This document shows positions 23,991-38,598 of a DNA stretch of 64,000 bases, one piece after another. Under the pieces are notes generated by a model. The model was not told the origin of the DNA. It saw nothing but the letters and a program-made list of their open reading frames with translations, and did no database searches. Both the position numbers and the translations under genes were made by a program. Positions within the stretch are counted from its first letter, which is position 1. The number at the start of each line of letters is the position of its first letter. The stretch comes from Octopus bimaculoides (lineage: Eukaryota): contig NC_069001.1 of NCBI RefSeq assembly GCF_001194135.2, positions 27,200,246 through 27,264,245 of the forward strand. Reading direction: 5' to 3'.

Positions 23991-24331
23991 CACATTTTAA
24001 AACAGACACACACAAACACACACACACTCACACACATACACATACACGCACGCATTCACACTTTCACATATGATTTGTGTCCAATGGGTTGCTGTCTGCC
24101 GCATTTACTCACCTGGAATTAGTACGGAAAAATAATTTATGTTCTGGAAATGAAATATATTCAAATGTCATGCACTATAAAGACAAATTTACAGCTATGT
24201 GCTATTATGGTGCCTGCGTGCAAGCGGTGAACGCACAAGTTTTGCATCATTTGATATTTGTGCTAAAAGCAACCAGAAGAGGTTCACTTCACATATAGAT
24301 ATAATAATTCTTTTCTAAAAAGCTACAGTGC

Positions 24332-24368
<37 letters not shown>

Positions 24369-24435
24369 GGGCTCCATGTTACCTATTACGAGTAGCACGC
24401 AAGACTGCTTCATTAACCATCTAATTTCCTATCTA

Positions 24436-24466
<31 letters not shown>

Positions 24467-25792
24467 TGTATATGTATATCAAGGGGTTATAAATGTATAC
24501 AACGCTGATAGTACTATTTCTCTGGATACTTCTAGAACAATTACAGAAAAAGAAAAGATATGTCCTAATGGTTGAAACGAGTAAAAGATTAAAGTAAGAC
24601 AATTCCCTCTGCCCTTGAGTCTCTTGAGCTAGGTTAGAAACCGGTTCTTTCTCTATTAGCAAGGAATCTTGAAATAAACTGAATAATGACATACATACAG
24701 AGAGAGATATATATATATGGAGTCTAGTGTTTGATAAAAAGATAAATAACTCCATATATAGAGCGATAGATAGATAGATAAATTTACACAATCAAACGCT
24801 GACATGTGAATACATGTACGTATAAAACATGCTGTTAAATAGGACTTCATTTCTGCTAACACGATAACAGATTCCAAACGTAAATCTTTCGCTCAATCCC
24901 ATTCATTACGTTCTAAAGCAGAAATCCTGAAACCGTCTCGAAATACAATCTTGAGAGTCTCTACAATTTGATTTTACTTCAATGTCAGACGATTTGGATG
25001 GATAGACTTCAATGGGCAAAGAAATACATGATTTATAGATATAACATAAATATTTAATGAAACTCTTTTCATAAAGCCCATCATAAAACATATTTAAAAC
25101 CAATGTAATAGCGTTTCATACTCATTTCAATGTTTTATTTTTTTTCGTTAGTTACGTTTCTTAAAACATAATTTCCATTGTTGATACTTATATTCAGTTT
25201 GATTTTCATTAAATGTTATTTTTACTATATCTACCTTCATATATATATATATATATATATANNNNNNNNNNGTAATAAAATACAATATTTCTCTGTTTTC
25301 TATCATTATTTTTTTTTCCTAAATACAAAATATATATGTTGAGTTTATTTTATCATATTAGTAACACATATTTATACACCATACACATACATGCACATAT
25401 ATGCATATATATACACACACACGTATGTAAACATATATTAATATATTGTATAAACTTTATTGCATGTTTTATGATATTTTATTATACCGTACGTATTTTA
25501 TTAGGTGTTTTGTTGCATTTTATATATTATATTTCTTTTATCGATTATATTACGGTTAGTTATTATCCATTATATTCATTTCATTTCTACTTCGCGACAA
25601 TGTATGGATGTATGTAAATTGTACATGTCTATATACGAGCGTAGAGCATTTGTGAAGTTGTGTAAGCATTTGTATATGCTTATACACACATAGATGTGTA
25701 CTGTCAAGTGGATGCATAATTGAACCGTCTGCATACAAAGTTGTAAGTTGATTATAAACACATACAAACACACATATAAGTATGCATATACA

Positions 25793-25870
<78 letters not shown>

Positions 25871-25921
25871 TAGATAGATATACATACATATATATGTTCA
25901 AACCCACACACACTTATACAC

Positions 25922-25979
25922 TGGTGCACCAGCATGACCGCAGCCACTTGGCTGAAACACATAAATAAATAAATAAATA
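25922..25979 (+). mobile_element. Isolated retroposon 3' end with (TAAA)n tail
   Basis: TGGTGCACCAGCATGACCGCAGCCACTTGGCTGAAACAC(ATAA)n, identical over 52 bp to the copy at 63146. Confidence 0.75.
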
Positions 25980-26026
25980 CAGATATATATATATAGATAT
26001 ACATATATATTCAAACCCACATATGC

Positions 26027-26089
<63 letters not shown>

Positions 26090-26433
26090 GAGGGTGAGTG
26101 AGAGAGTGGAAAGAGAGAGAGAAAAAGAGTGTCAGATGGAGAGAGAGACACAGACAAAAATATACTAGATATACAGATAATTTGTGTATGTATGCTTGTC
26201 TATGTATGTGTATGTAACGGTTTCTGATTTAAGCCTAAGGCCAGGAGTTCCATGGCTTGTGAGGGGAGAACCTAATACGTGGCTCGTACTTTCAGTCATC
26301 GATCTCCTCACAATGAAAGGCAAAAGTGTACTTGCGAGTATTTTATCTCAGAATGTAAACATTTGAGAAAAATACCGAAAACCATTTTGCCCATCGCTCT
26401 TTGGATTCCGTCAGCTCAGCAATATACCTACCT

Positions 26434-26850
26434 TAGCCACCTACACTGTTCTCTGCAAAATAAGAGTAGTTTATCCTGTTCAGGCTATATTATTAGCATT
26501 ATTCTACGATTGAGAATTTAAAAAGATCACTTCTTTAACTTTCTAAAGACATCTCAACGCTCCTGAAATCAAACTTCGTTTGTTTATTTACGTTTGTCGT
26601 AATTTGAATTTAACATATGAGAGTGTCTCATAAAGCGAGATCTATATATCTTAATTTGCAGAGGAATTTGTAGTGGGTAGTTTAGCTTAGTCGGTCAAAG
26701 CATCGTGACATGTAATCACGGGGATGTGAGTTCGGGTCCACAGCTAGCCACCTACACTTTTCTCTGCAAAATAGGGGTAGTTTATCCTGTTCAGGCTATA
26801 TTATTAGCATTATTCTGCGATTGAGAATTTTAAAAAATCACTTCTTTAAC
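26434..26850 (+). repeat. 106-bp direct repeat pair (26434-26539 and 26745-26850)
   Basis: TAGCCACCTACACT.TTCTCTGCAAAATA.G.GTAGTTTATCCTGTTCAGGCTATATTATTAGCATTATTCT.CGATTGAGAATTT occurs twice. Confidence 0.9.
26676..26749 (+). pseudogene. tRNA-like cloverleaf, Thr(UGU)-type, probably non-functional
   Basis: Acceptor GGTAGTT/AGCTAGC (1 mismatch), D-arm GCTT/AAGC, anticodon arm CGTGA[CATGTAA]TCACG, T-arm GTGAG[TTCGGGT]C-CAC. A/B-box-like motifs are present and TTTT lies about 8 nt downstream. U33 is replaced by A and the T-stem has a deletion. Confidence 0.55.
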
Positions 26851-26879
26851 ATACCTATGTATAAATATATACATGTGAG

Positions 26880-27090
26880 TGAGTGTGTGTGCGTGTGTTT
26901 GTGTTTGTCTCCCATACCGTTTGACAAACGTTTCTGTGTGTCTATATACCTCTAACTTAGCTGTTGGACTTAAGAAAATGATAGAAAATGTACAAGGCTT
27001 ATAAAAATTAAGTTCCGGGGTCGAATCATTCCTCAAGGCAGTGCTCCAGCATGGCCCCAGTCTTATAAACTGAAACGAGTAAGAGATAAG
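26880..27090 (+). mobile_element. SINE family B, 3' half
   Basis: GTGTTTGTCTCCC...GTTCCGGGGTCGA...GCAGTGCTCCAGCATGGCC...ACTGAAACGAGTAAGAG. Confidence 0.7.
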
Positions 27091-27689
27091 AACTAAAAGG
27101 TAATATTTACATCTTCTCTAACCTTATTTCATACGTCTATGAAGTGTGGTTAATATGATGTCAAATGGTGTAAGATATTTGCGTTCATACCATCAGTTCT
27201 GAGGTCTCATTTCTGCCGAAAATCCTAACCGGAAGGCAAAGATGCATTATTGTATAGTAATGCCCTTATATAAATTAAATTAGATAGATAGATAGAGCGA
27301 TGAAGTAACTTTAAAGTGTAAGTCACTAATTTATCAGACAGTTGTATATTTATGGAAAGCCAGTAAATAAAATGAACTAGCGTCATAAATGATGCAGATG
27401 CCATTTGACTATTTTCTTTGTCTTTTCTTGTGCAAACACAAACTGACTTTCAGAAACATATTTGTATATACATATACGTTTGGTGGTACAAGCAGGATAA
27501 ATAGATGCTATTACGCAAAAAAGTAGCCTATGCATATTTTATGATTCAGGTGTAAACATACAATGACAGAATAATAAAAATAATAATAATAATAGCAAAA
27601 GTATTAGTAGTAGTAGTAGTAGTAGTAGTAGTAATTTGGTTCTACGGTCACTTAAATGTTTGTGTACAATATATATATGTGTGTGTGTG

Positions 27690-27761
<72 letters not shown>

Positions 27762-28984
27762 CATATATGTATGTTCATATATACATGTATGTATGTTTAT
27801 ATATACATTTATACATATGCACATATATATACATCCTGTATACTTGTGTATATGTATGCACATATATACGTATGTTTGTGTATATATATATATATAGTAT
27901 ATACTATATATATGTATATACTATATATATATATATATATGTATATACTATATATATATATATATAGTATATACTATATATATACTATATAATATATATG
28001 TATATATATATATATACTGACATATCTATATAAATGTATATTCATAAATACTTATATATATAGTGTGCGTTTGATTTTGTATGTACGTATGTGTTTGTAA
28101 GCAGTTCGCAAGTGAGAAATTACCAAGAGAATTGAATATGTTGTTGGATATGAAAGATTGGTATTAAGATATTCCGTTAAAAATCAATATATTTATCATA
28201 TCTTCAGGTTTATCCATGGCAGTTTTTGAAATTCAATTTCTTGTCGCTACTTAATATTCTCTAACCGATTCGAGAATATATTACCATTCATAATACACAT
28301 TAACGGACACAGAAACTGAAGAAATAAAATTATGACGTATATTACCCAAGGATTTTTTATTGTTATTTTTCTCAGCTATCACTACGTTCTACATTTGTGG
28401 ATGCAGGAATGGCGAGTGGAAGTCTGTGTGCGTGTGGGGGAGAGAGAGAGACTGAGAGAGAGAAGGATAGAGATACATGAATATTCGCAGGAAAAAAATA
28501 CACTCATATATAAATATAACATATTCATATAATTCACTAAGTGGAACACACGACAAACCTTTCACTATATCATGTCTATCTTTGTTCAAATTTATTTCCG
28601 TAAGCAGAAAAGAAATACAAGTCACTAACTTATTCAAAATGTACCTAGAAAATCCCACCAAGCATTCGTAGAAAAGCTGCCTTCACAAGATGTCTGCTTC
28701 ACAGAATATTATTTCTCTTGCATGAATGAAGATGTGAATTGGTAAAATAGCTATAGCAAGCTTCGCCGTTAAAAAAAAAAATTGTTGGTATATTGCAGAA
28801 TTCTGGGCAAGACTCCTGTACTAAAGCACTGATCCGACTTACACATTGTGGGTGAATTTAGTTAACTGAAACTTTCCATAAATTCGTCTCGCACGCGCCT
28901 GTGTGTTTGTGAGTGTGTGAATGTACGTATGCATACATGTTTGCTTTCGAGTCTGGTCTCCCACCGCTTGGAAACAGGTCTTAA

Positions 28985-29180
28985 TTTGTTAGCGACTCCA
29001 TAATTTAACTGTTCGGCTAAAGAAACTTGCAGACAGTGAACAGCTCTTAAAATGAGTATTGGGTTCGATTCGTTTCGCTGACCTTACAAGATGGTACTTC
29101 AGTGTAGAGGCGGTCCAGCGTAGTAGAGGCACAAAACAGGACACACGCACTAATATACCTCCATCAATACACACTAAACT
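28985..29180 (-). pseudogene. CR1/L2-like LINE C-terminal remnant
   Basis: ...NTHFKSCSLSASFFSRTVKLW resembles the RT..F..SFF.RT...WN motif at the C-terminus of CR1/L2/Jockey-group ORF2. Confidence 0.45.
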
Positions 29181-29460
29181 AGAATTTTTATCCTCACTAT
29201 AGAGATTCATATGTTTACCTATGATATAAATGCACAGGTCTATACAGCAGTATATTTAAGCAAGAGCCTGTATATGATGGCATTTTCTGAATACGGATGA
29301 TATTAACTGACTCTCATTAACCAAATTCAGTCTGTTAGTTACAAATATGGAAAACCTTTCTAAAATTATCCAACTGAGATTGCTAAAAGATTATATAACT
29401 GATTTTGACTTTATTCTGACAGGATACACAGACATGATATTAAATATTTAAATATTCTCA

Positions 29461-29600
29461 ATGAAACATTTTTGCTGAAGATTTATTCAATGTGTTTGCC
29501 GCAAGCGTCCACGTTTCTGTGTCTCTGAAGATTCCAAACAGTCGAAGCGAGTGCTCTATCAAATATAAGACGCGTATTTCTATTATGTAGCCGGAAAAAA
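29461..29600 (-). pseudogene. Possible RTE-class ORF2 remnant
   Basis: IRVLY...TETWTL...K..FH echoes the RTE K.R.Y....LLYG.ETWTL....K...FH motif. The match is weak. Confidence 0.3.
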
Positions 29601-29973
29601 GAGCAAAGTACATATAACTTTCTGGACCTCTAAGAATAATGCAAGGGAGGGGATCTTTTCTCAACCCAGAGACCTCGTTAAAAGGTTTACAACAGAATAA
29701 TTTCTGCTAAAGTACCCATTAACCAGATGCTTGCATTTCAACGGGTGACAATTAAATTCAACGGTAATTAAAGGCAAGTGTTGGATTCGAAGGGGAAAAT
29801 TAAAAAAAAACAGACAAATATGCTTGTCCGATGCTTTGATCAGTCCAGTATCTTAGGCAGGTTATTTATCGACTGTGGAATTATGTAAGCAATGTAGATC
29901 CTAGTAGGAATTGAACTTGGAGCGTAAGAAACTGGAATGATTATCTTCAGGTATTTCGTCCGACGCTACAATG

Positions 29974-30211
29974 TTTCTTATTTCTTTATTGCCCACAAGG
30001 AGCTAAACATAGAGGGGACAAACAAAGACAGACAAAGGGATTAAGTCGATTACATCGACCCCAGTGCGTCACTGGTACTTAATTTATCGACCCCGAAAGG
30101 ATGAAAAGCAAAGTCGACCTCGGCGGAATTTGAACTCAGAACGTAACGGCAGACGAAACACCGCTAAGTATTTCGCCCGGTGTGCTAACGTTTCTGCCAG
30201 ATCACCGCCTT
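29974..30211 (-). mobile_element. SINE family A, near full length, young
   Basis: On the minus strand it starts AAGGCGGTGATCTGGCAGAAACGTTAGC, has the B-box-like GAGTTCAAATTCC, and ends CTTGTGGGCAATAAAGAAATAAGAAA. Highly similar to 54381-54622. Confidence 0.92.
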
Positions 30212-31285
30212 CGACGATTCAAAATTTCTAACAGTTCGGTAGCTTTATGACAAAGAAATTATGTTCACAAAGTTTTATGAGACATGAATAAATATATTAT
30301 TTGTCAATGCTAAATTATTCCTATTTGAATTACGTTGCATCCTATTATCTTAGCTTGCATTTTTCGTGTATTCATACTAACGACAATAGAAATCTATACA
30401 AGGCGTGATAATTCAATATGTAGACATATCATGACCGAGTTGCTTAGAAGTTATTTTCACACTCACAGAGACCCGTGTTCTATGCAATTTCCCGGCACCA
30501 ACATTTTTCTTTTTTTATCATAATTCCACGTCGACTTACGGCTACAAAATTGGTTGTATGGAATCTGTGTAGAACCCAATCGGGTAGATTGTAACCCTAA
30601 TTAAAATTTCTATACTTTTCACACATTGTACCGCGCTGATACTGCTTGAGGTTTAATAGAAGTCTATATTGACTTGGAATATTCAACCTATTATTGGCTG
30701 AAGCAATGAATAAGGCATTGAGTCAATGAAGTTAATAAATACACATCCTAGAAACAAACAAGGATGCATTTACCTTTTATATTACATGTCCCCTCCACAT
30801 ATAAATTGGGAAAACGTGATTTAGTGAAATGTTATTACAATTTATCACAGTTCGAGAGATCTCATGAAGGATCGAGTGTCGTATGCATGCTATAACTTTC
30901 AGGAATTTGTACATAGGTATGATTAGTGAAACTAATTTTGGAAGATTGTGGTTATAGGAGACAAAACAAGAAAGTGAAGTATCTGTAGGTTGTTTACTGT
31001 TATCATAAAATGTGGATTATATTATCAATAGGTTATCGTTTTTTACTTTTAAATAAATTCTGCAGAGAAATTCCGGCTGCAAACTTTCGCGATGTTGAGA
31101 GAAGATGAGTTTTCATGTTATGCAATACTGATATTTGGTTCCATCTCCAAGATAAAAAAAAAAAATTATTGCGACATCTAAATAAACAAATGTAAGCGCA
31201 ATACTGTCCGCGATTTCCCCCCCTTGATAAATTATTTGAATTTTCAATAATCTTTCAAATATAACTCCACACAATGGATGTTTAC

Positions 31286-31649
31286 TACTCTTTACTCTTT
31301 TACTTGTTTCAGTCATTTGACTGCGGCCATGCTGGAGCACCGCCTTTTGTCGAACAAATCGACCCCAGGACTTATTTTTTTAAGCCTAGTACTTATTCTA
31401 TCGGTCTCTTTTGCCGAACCGCTAAGTTACGGGGACGTAAACACACCAGCATCAGTTGTCAAGCGATGGTGTGGGGACAAACACAGACACACAAACACAC
31501 ATACATATATACAACGGGCTTCTTTCAGTTTCCGTCTACCAAATCGACTCACAAGACTTTGGTCGGCCTGAGGCTATAGTAGAAGACACTTGCCCAAGGT
31601 GCCACGCAGTGGGACTGAACCCAGAACCATGTAGTTGGTAAGCAAGCTA
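31286..31649 (-). mobile_element. SINE family B
   Basis: Near-identical to 48188-48600, with an (AGAGTAA)-type tail and an internal (CA/TA)n tract. Confidence 0.92.
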
Positions 31650-33270
31650 AATTTAGTGATAAGAATAGGTTTTATACTCGTGTCAGTTCTGCCCTCTCTA
31701 TGTTTCTTGCTATCCATCACTCTTTCTCTTTTTCTGTCTTTCTTACTCTGCGTATCTCTTTGACAGAAACTTACGGATATCAGTCACATAGGTGGCTGGA
31801 CTTCGTTACGTCTGAATGTCCTTTATCTCACTTTATGTTTCGACGCTATTCCTTGCAGCTTCAGCAGGTAAATCAAACATATGGGTGCATGGTGTAATCC
31901 TTCTTTCACCAAATTACCCGAAATTCACCAACAGGAGCCGGTGTAATCCGCACTGCAGACCATTGAACGAGTTGCTAATTTTGCTTTGTTATTGGTAGTC
32001 TATATTTCATTTTTGTATAATCATTATAACATCCAGTAGCATGGATTGTTACATAAGGCACGAAATACCTATGTCCACTTTGACAACACGTAATCATTCA
32101 CATTATCACCAGATCGATAACTGAGGTAGAGTCGCTCATTTCCTTATTTTCACTGAATACAGAATTCCTCGATAGAACCTTATGAAGAATCAAATGCATG
32201 TAGCAGGTATCGTAGGTGGAATTCAATTTAAAACTTCAGTGAATAAAGCAATGCTTTATTAGGGAATTGCAGCTGTACACGAGTATTACTTTTTGCATTA
32301 GAACATACAACGATATCAGAGAGCTACCTGTGAAGTATTTTATCCTTTATCTGTGGCACTTTTATTAGAAAGATGCAGCCTACAGCAGCATTAAAGTGCT
32401 CCTATGAAGTCTGCAGGACTTGTTCTGTAGTACATTTATATAACTATCTCATCGAAACAGTTTGAGAGACACTAGGAATCTGTCTGTAGAGGAAACAATA
32501 TAAAGACCGGTGATATGATATAAAACGCTACACTCTTGTTTCGCATTACCCAGAAAAGTGAAATGAAAGAATTACTAGATTTCCTCCTTTCTTTGTCTAT
32601 ATAACTTATTAACATAAAGCGATATGAAATATATCAAAACACGGAATTTAATATAGTTCTTGAATTTCACCTCGATCGAAACTTGCTTCAGCGAAAATAC
32701 AACATATTGTTACAAGAGAGGCAGTATTTGATCATAGTTATGAAACACACTTCAATTTATTTGCTTTTAGAACTTTGCTACTCTGCTACAAATAAGTTAA
32801 TATGTCCTTTTAAGATAATAAACGCCGCATTCAATATTATAAACAAACAAACAAATTACACCGTCCTAACATGCGATGTATAGTTTATAGATAAACAAGA
32901 AATGCTAAACAATTCATGATTTAAAGAATATTGGAACTGGAGATATCCGTGCATTTGTCTAGGAAAACTGAACTGAAATCATTCCTACTAAGGTATTATA
33001 ATACTTTCTCCTATACTTAAACATCGTTTATCATGACACGTTTGCGTATGTATTCATTTTTCTTTGTGCTTAGGGTTCCCGTTTGTATAAGGAGTACAAA
33101 GGTTCAGTATCTAATATTGCAATATTTGTTTATAACTTCCAAAAGTTTCTTAGTATCAGACTGTTTCAACCAGATATCGATGATGATTCTGAATTCCTAG
33201 TTAACTGAAAGTTATCCTTAGCTTAACTAATTCCCTGTAACATGCAAATTTATAAATAAGCTTTCAGTTA

Positions 33271-33478
33271 AACTGGTGAGCTGGCATAATCGTTAGTACG
33301 GCACATAAAATGCTTAACGGCATTTCTTTTATCTCTACGATCAAATTCTTCCGAGGTCGACTTTGCTTTCTTCCTTTAAGATCGATTAATTGACAGTCGA
33401 GCACTGGGATAGCAGAAGTCGACTAGCTCCCTCGCTCGAAATTTCAAGCTTTATTCCTATAATAGGAAGGGTTATTAA
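33271..33478 (+). mobile_element. SINE family A, diverged
   Basis: GGTGAGCTGGCATAATCGTTAG...CCGAGGTCGACTTTGC...GTCGACTAG. Confidence 0.75.
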
Positions 33479-34609
33479 ACTTACAGTTACTCTAAAGTGT
33501 ATTCTTGCGAAGAATACTTTTCTTGTACATAATCGTGTCTAGGGAGATAGTCAGACATCGGACAAGAGGCATTTACCATATTTAATACTGTCTTTCGATA
33601 TTCTGGAAACATAGACAAAATAGCTCCCACCTCTACATTCTTGAACATTTAAAATAAATACCAGTAAGTTGTTTGGGTTGATTTTAGTGAATCTATTTAT
33701 ACAGGAAGTTTTCAATTTCGAAAAGAAATTAATATTGAAAACAATAAACCGATATTAATAAAATTATGACCTTGTATATGTATTCATAGCTAGTGGATAC
33801 TTGAATAATCGTTTCAACAAGAAACCATACACACTTTATACGCTAAGCATTATAGAATATGTATGAAGATCAAATATGCATACACATATACATATAGTTA
33901 TTAAAATATTATAATAAATATACGCCTGTGTACTTCTGTGTGTATTTACTAGACGCCGGTATTCATAGAAAACACTGTTCTAGGAACCTAATTATACTGA
34001 GAATGATGTAAATTTTCGCTATATTTTATGTGTTCTCAATGAATATATTCTGAAGTTTTATATTCGGCAACTTATTGTAATTCCTACCAAATGAAATAAA
34101 GAATACACGATTGATATTAACATGCGACAAGAAACAATAACAATGGTGAATATAATATAATTCTGAAAAGTAATATCAGCATTTTGTAATATGTACCCCA
34201 TTCCTGGCAACTTGTACAGCCGATTGGTAAGGAAGACTAACATTCCGTCAGGAGATTGGTAGTTCTTATAATTTCACTTTCTCTATCTAGGGTATTTGGA
34301 TGTGATATTCAATTCAAATCTATATTATTCTACCGATTATATGTTAGCTAACATCTTCCTTGCAATATATGTCAGTAAAAGGAAAATCTCATTGTAAAAT
34401 GACGAATGGTTCGATATTATATTATTAAATCCCATTTGAATAAGTGACTCAAAATGCTACATCTTCAGAGGTTAGTATAATTAAAAGTGACTATCAATGA
34501 CCCCAAAAATGTATAACATCCTTACGCACATACACACACAAACAAACACACACACACACACACATGAATTGCGTCATGAATTGTGTGCCGTATATATTCT
34601 GCTCCGTTG

Positions 34610-34865
34610 GACGGGACGCCGGTTGCAGAATTTCTCACATTTGCCAACTCAGTGAAATGGAGCAACGTGAAATATTAGGTTGTCAATAAAGTTTTTGCGG
34701 TTTTTAACCTTTAAATTCAGATGCAGATATCTCGGCTCAAACAAAACTTTATTAATCGAAATAAACACCATCAGAATGGTGTTACTGACAACCTAATACA
34801 TTGTTTTTCTCAAGAACACAATGAATCATCTGGTGCAGGAATCGAAACTACGACCTTACGATCTC
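34610..34865 (-). mobile_element. SINE family C fragment (tRNA-like head on minus strand), interrupted
   Basis: GGAGCAACGTGAAAT...CTCAAGAACACAATG...GGAATCGAAAC...CTTACGATC is shared with 43165-43358. Confidence 0.5.
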
Positions 34866-36269
34866 AGTATTTCTATAAGATTTGTTTATTCTTCGGATTA
34901 TATTTGTAGGAGTTTTAAAAACGGCATAAAATTTAAAACCAAGAAAATGTTTACTATAAATGCTATAGTACCAAAGAAATATCTCGCATACATTAGTTAA
35001 GGATGCCTCGTTATCTTAAAGGTAATTACTATTCCAAATATAGAAATGTATCGTAATGACGGGAAAATATATCTAAAGAGATAGAGTCGGATCAAAACCA
35101 GATGCTCTTTCTGGCAAATGGCTACATTAAAAAAAATCGATCATGTCGCTTTGCTCAGGTGTGTAGGATGTGTTTTCTATGTCGAAAATTGAACTCAGGT
35201 CTGCCGTGTTACGTCTATAATACTCACTACTGTTATACTTAGAAACACTTTGTGATGAATATGCTTTTCTTTGCTAAAAGCCTTCTTCCATTAGCTTTAA
35301 GTATTTTCTGTAGTTCTGTATATATTTTCTTAATTCTAAGCTGTCAGAAAAACCAAATTCGTATTTTAGGAATACAAGCAAGACGAGGCTTATGGGATCT
35401 GTCAGAAATCTGAAGCAAGACCAAAGTACATTTATTTAATATTTTATCTTCGATAAACTCAATATAGTGACTTGGATTTATTACATACGATTACAGATGT
35501 AGACAAAATTTCTTGTTACCTCACTTTGTGACATTTTTAGCAAAATATATCCGGGTCTATGTTCTTAACTGTTTTACAATACAACCAATAATACATGATT
35601 TCTTATTGATATTTAACCACGTCATTTGTCATCGTTATATGAAAGAGGAAATTCCAGCTATGGCCATCCAGTTTTTTGCTTTTCTTTTTGTATAGATGGC
35701 TTCAGCTAATGTATCCTTTCATTAAAGATTTAGGGTGCGTTTATGTTATATTTGACTGTTTTTTGGAGTAGGTTGAGTCAGCCTCCCTTGTTTTAGCAGT
35801 ATATGAACGTAAATACAGACTACGATGTTTTTAAGCTCATGTATAAATTCTATTGCTTGTGGATGTTCCATAATTCTCAATGAAGAGCATTTATTATTTC
35901 TCGATCCACAGCATCCCTTACTCATAAACCTAGCGTAGAAACGAGTAAATATTGTATGAACACGTTTATCATTAAATAAAATCATTAGTCCAGATCGACG
36001 CAGTACATTGTGATATGGCTGTGCTTCTGGAGAGATGAACGGCATCAATATTAAAATGATACCTTATCAACCCCGGAAATTAATTGATAAACTGTGTTAC
36101 GTTTATACGAGCTGATAAATGAGTTAAAGCCACACTAATCTGTAGATAATCCAGTTATTTACACGTTAATTCCAGAAACAAGGAATATCAAACAACTGCA
36201 TACTCTTCGTCGAAACCGACGGAAACCGACATTAATTAATTTAATAGCCCACATTACTTCACAATACTG

Positions 36270-36455
36270 ATAACCCTTTCTGTTATAGGCATAAGGTCTG
36301 AGATTTGGGGGAGGGGGGGGGCCTATCAATCATGTTGACCCCAGTACTCAACTGGTACTTGTTTTAGCGACCCGAAATGATAAAAAGCAAAGTCGACGTC
36401 GGTGCAATCTGAACTCAAAACATTTCGTCCGGCGGGCTAACGATTCTGCTACCTT
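36270..36455 (-). mobile_element. SINE family A, diverged
   Basis: GACCCCAGTACTCAACTGGTAC...AAAGTCGACGTCGG...GAACTCA...GCTAACGATTCTG. Confidence 0.7.
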
Positions 36456-36794
36456 TTCAGCAATGCTGGCAATGCTGGTAATGCGATCATCTCTCTATAT
36501 CTCTCTCTATGCATCTGTAATCCAAATATCCAAGTTGTAACATTGAGTTGCGCTCTTCCACGACTTCTTTTAACGATAAAAGTGTGCAGACGTTTCTACA
36601 TTTAAATTACAGATTCAATTTGATTGCAAATTCATAACTTATTCGGTATATCATAGAAAATGAAAAGCTCGCCAACAACAAAATTTCAATATAAATTTAC
36701 GATTCTGTGTTTCATTCTGCCGCGTAATTTGTCTCTCAAACTCATGACAAATCATTGGACCATCCTGGGCTATAGCAGAAAATTCCTGCACAAT

Positions 36795-37085
36795 AGGCGC
36801 GGGAGTGGCTGTGTGGTAAGTAGCTTGCTTACCAGCCACATGGTTCTGGGTTCAGTCCCACTGCGAGGCACCTTGGGCAAGTTTCTTCTACTGTAGCCTC
36901 GGGCCGACCAAAGCCTTGAGAGTGGATTTGGTAGACGGAAACTGAAAGAAGCCCGTCGTATATATGTTTTTATATATATGTGCGTGTTTGTGTGTCTGTG
37001 TTTATCTCCCCAACATCGCTTGACAACCGATGCTGGTGTGTTTACGTCCCCGTAACTTAGTGGTTCGGCAAAAGAGACCGATAGA
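36795..37085 (+). mobile_element. SINE family B, truncated by a gap
   Basis: Head AGGCGCGGGAGTGGCTGTGTGGTAAG, B-box-like GGGTTCAGTCCC and family B body. Confidence 0.92.
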
Positions 37086-37462
37086 NNNNNNNNNNNNNNN
37101 NNNNNNNNNNNNNNNNNNNNNNNNNNNNNNNNNNNNNNNNNNNNNNNNNNNNNNNNNNNNNNNNNNNNNNNNNNNNNNNNNNNNNNNNNNNNNNNNNNNN
37201 NNNNNNNNNAAACCAGCACAGTTGACGAGATTTCTACAGATTCTCCTGTTTGTTAAAGTCCGTCATTTTCTGTTTCTCTCTAAGGAAAAGAAATGCTTCT
37301 ATATAACTACGCACTGCTGGAAAATGTTGAATTATAAAATCATTATAAACAACACGACAGTTTTACTTCTCTTGATGATAGTTTAGCTGGAATATATTTT
37401 TCTATTTAATATTTTTGATTATTCTTTTAAATCTGAATTTTACAAAATCATATTCTGTCAAA

Positions 37463-37500
<38 letters not shown>

Positions 37501-37874
37501 CTATGTGTCCTCCTTTGTGTTTCTGTATATCTTACTTGAAAAAAGAATTATCCTGGTGCTGTGTTCATGTTGTGTTTCTCAGAATGTAAATTAATTGTTT
37601 GAGAAATACTGAGGAATAAAAATCTGTACGAGACTAGAATAGTTCCTGCGACGTTATGCTTGGTAACAACTTCGGAGGAGGTAATCCAGCATGATTTGCT
37701 GACATAGAAGTGAAACTAATTATATAATAATAAAAACGATGAATTAAACTTCACAGTGAAATATATTTTGCTTCCCGTTTTGTATATTCACTCGTTCTGA
37801 GTTCAAATATTTAAAATTTGCCTTACAATATTCATACATTTATTATTTACTATGTTTGTCTGTTTACTTAATGT

Positions 37875-37917
<43 letters not shown>

Positions 37918-38356
37918 TGCTTGCTACTTTCAGCAGATTAACAAATCAGTGTTGAGTGATCTTGCCATGTAGTTGTGCCACGAAACTTTCTTTAGAAATT
38001 ACGTATAGATTTTGCATGAAGAAATTCAGATCCCCCACCCCTACTATCTGAGTAGTTCGATCGTTCACAGAATGTCGTTAACAACGTTTGTATTCAGGTG
38101 TTGTTACTCTGTATTGGCGATTGTCGTAAGTTCCAGTGTTAATATATGCACTACAAAGAGCCTGATGTATGCTCTCAAGCAGTATTTGGATAATGGTTAT
38201 ATACTTTTTTTAATGTCTGAATGTTGATAGATGTAATAAAACATTTTGCATATTACATTACATTACAAATCCGTCAACTAGAAAATGTCCATTAACGTAA
38301 GGACAAAATGCATAAAATTTATATTTCTGTACCAAATACAGAAATAAATGAATGAA

Positions 38357-38387
<31 letters not shown>

Positions 38388-38553
38388 ATACAAATGATAT
38401 AAAATCGATTTCCAACAATCTTCAAGAAAACGAGAATAAAATATACAACATTCAATGTATAAAGTGGTACAATCTTCATTTCATGTCATAAAATTATACA
38501 TACATAAGTGTGCGTGCGTGTGTGTATATACATACATACATACATACATACAT

Positions 38554-38598
<45 letters not shown>

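Noticed and set aside
35746-36048. 100-aa minus-strand ORF with protein-like composition
   Set aside because: No family assignment possible by eye, and this length is attainable by chance.
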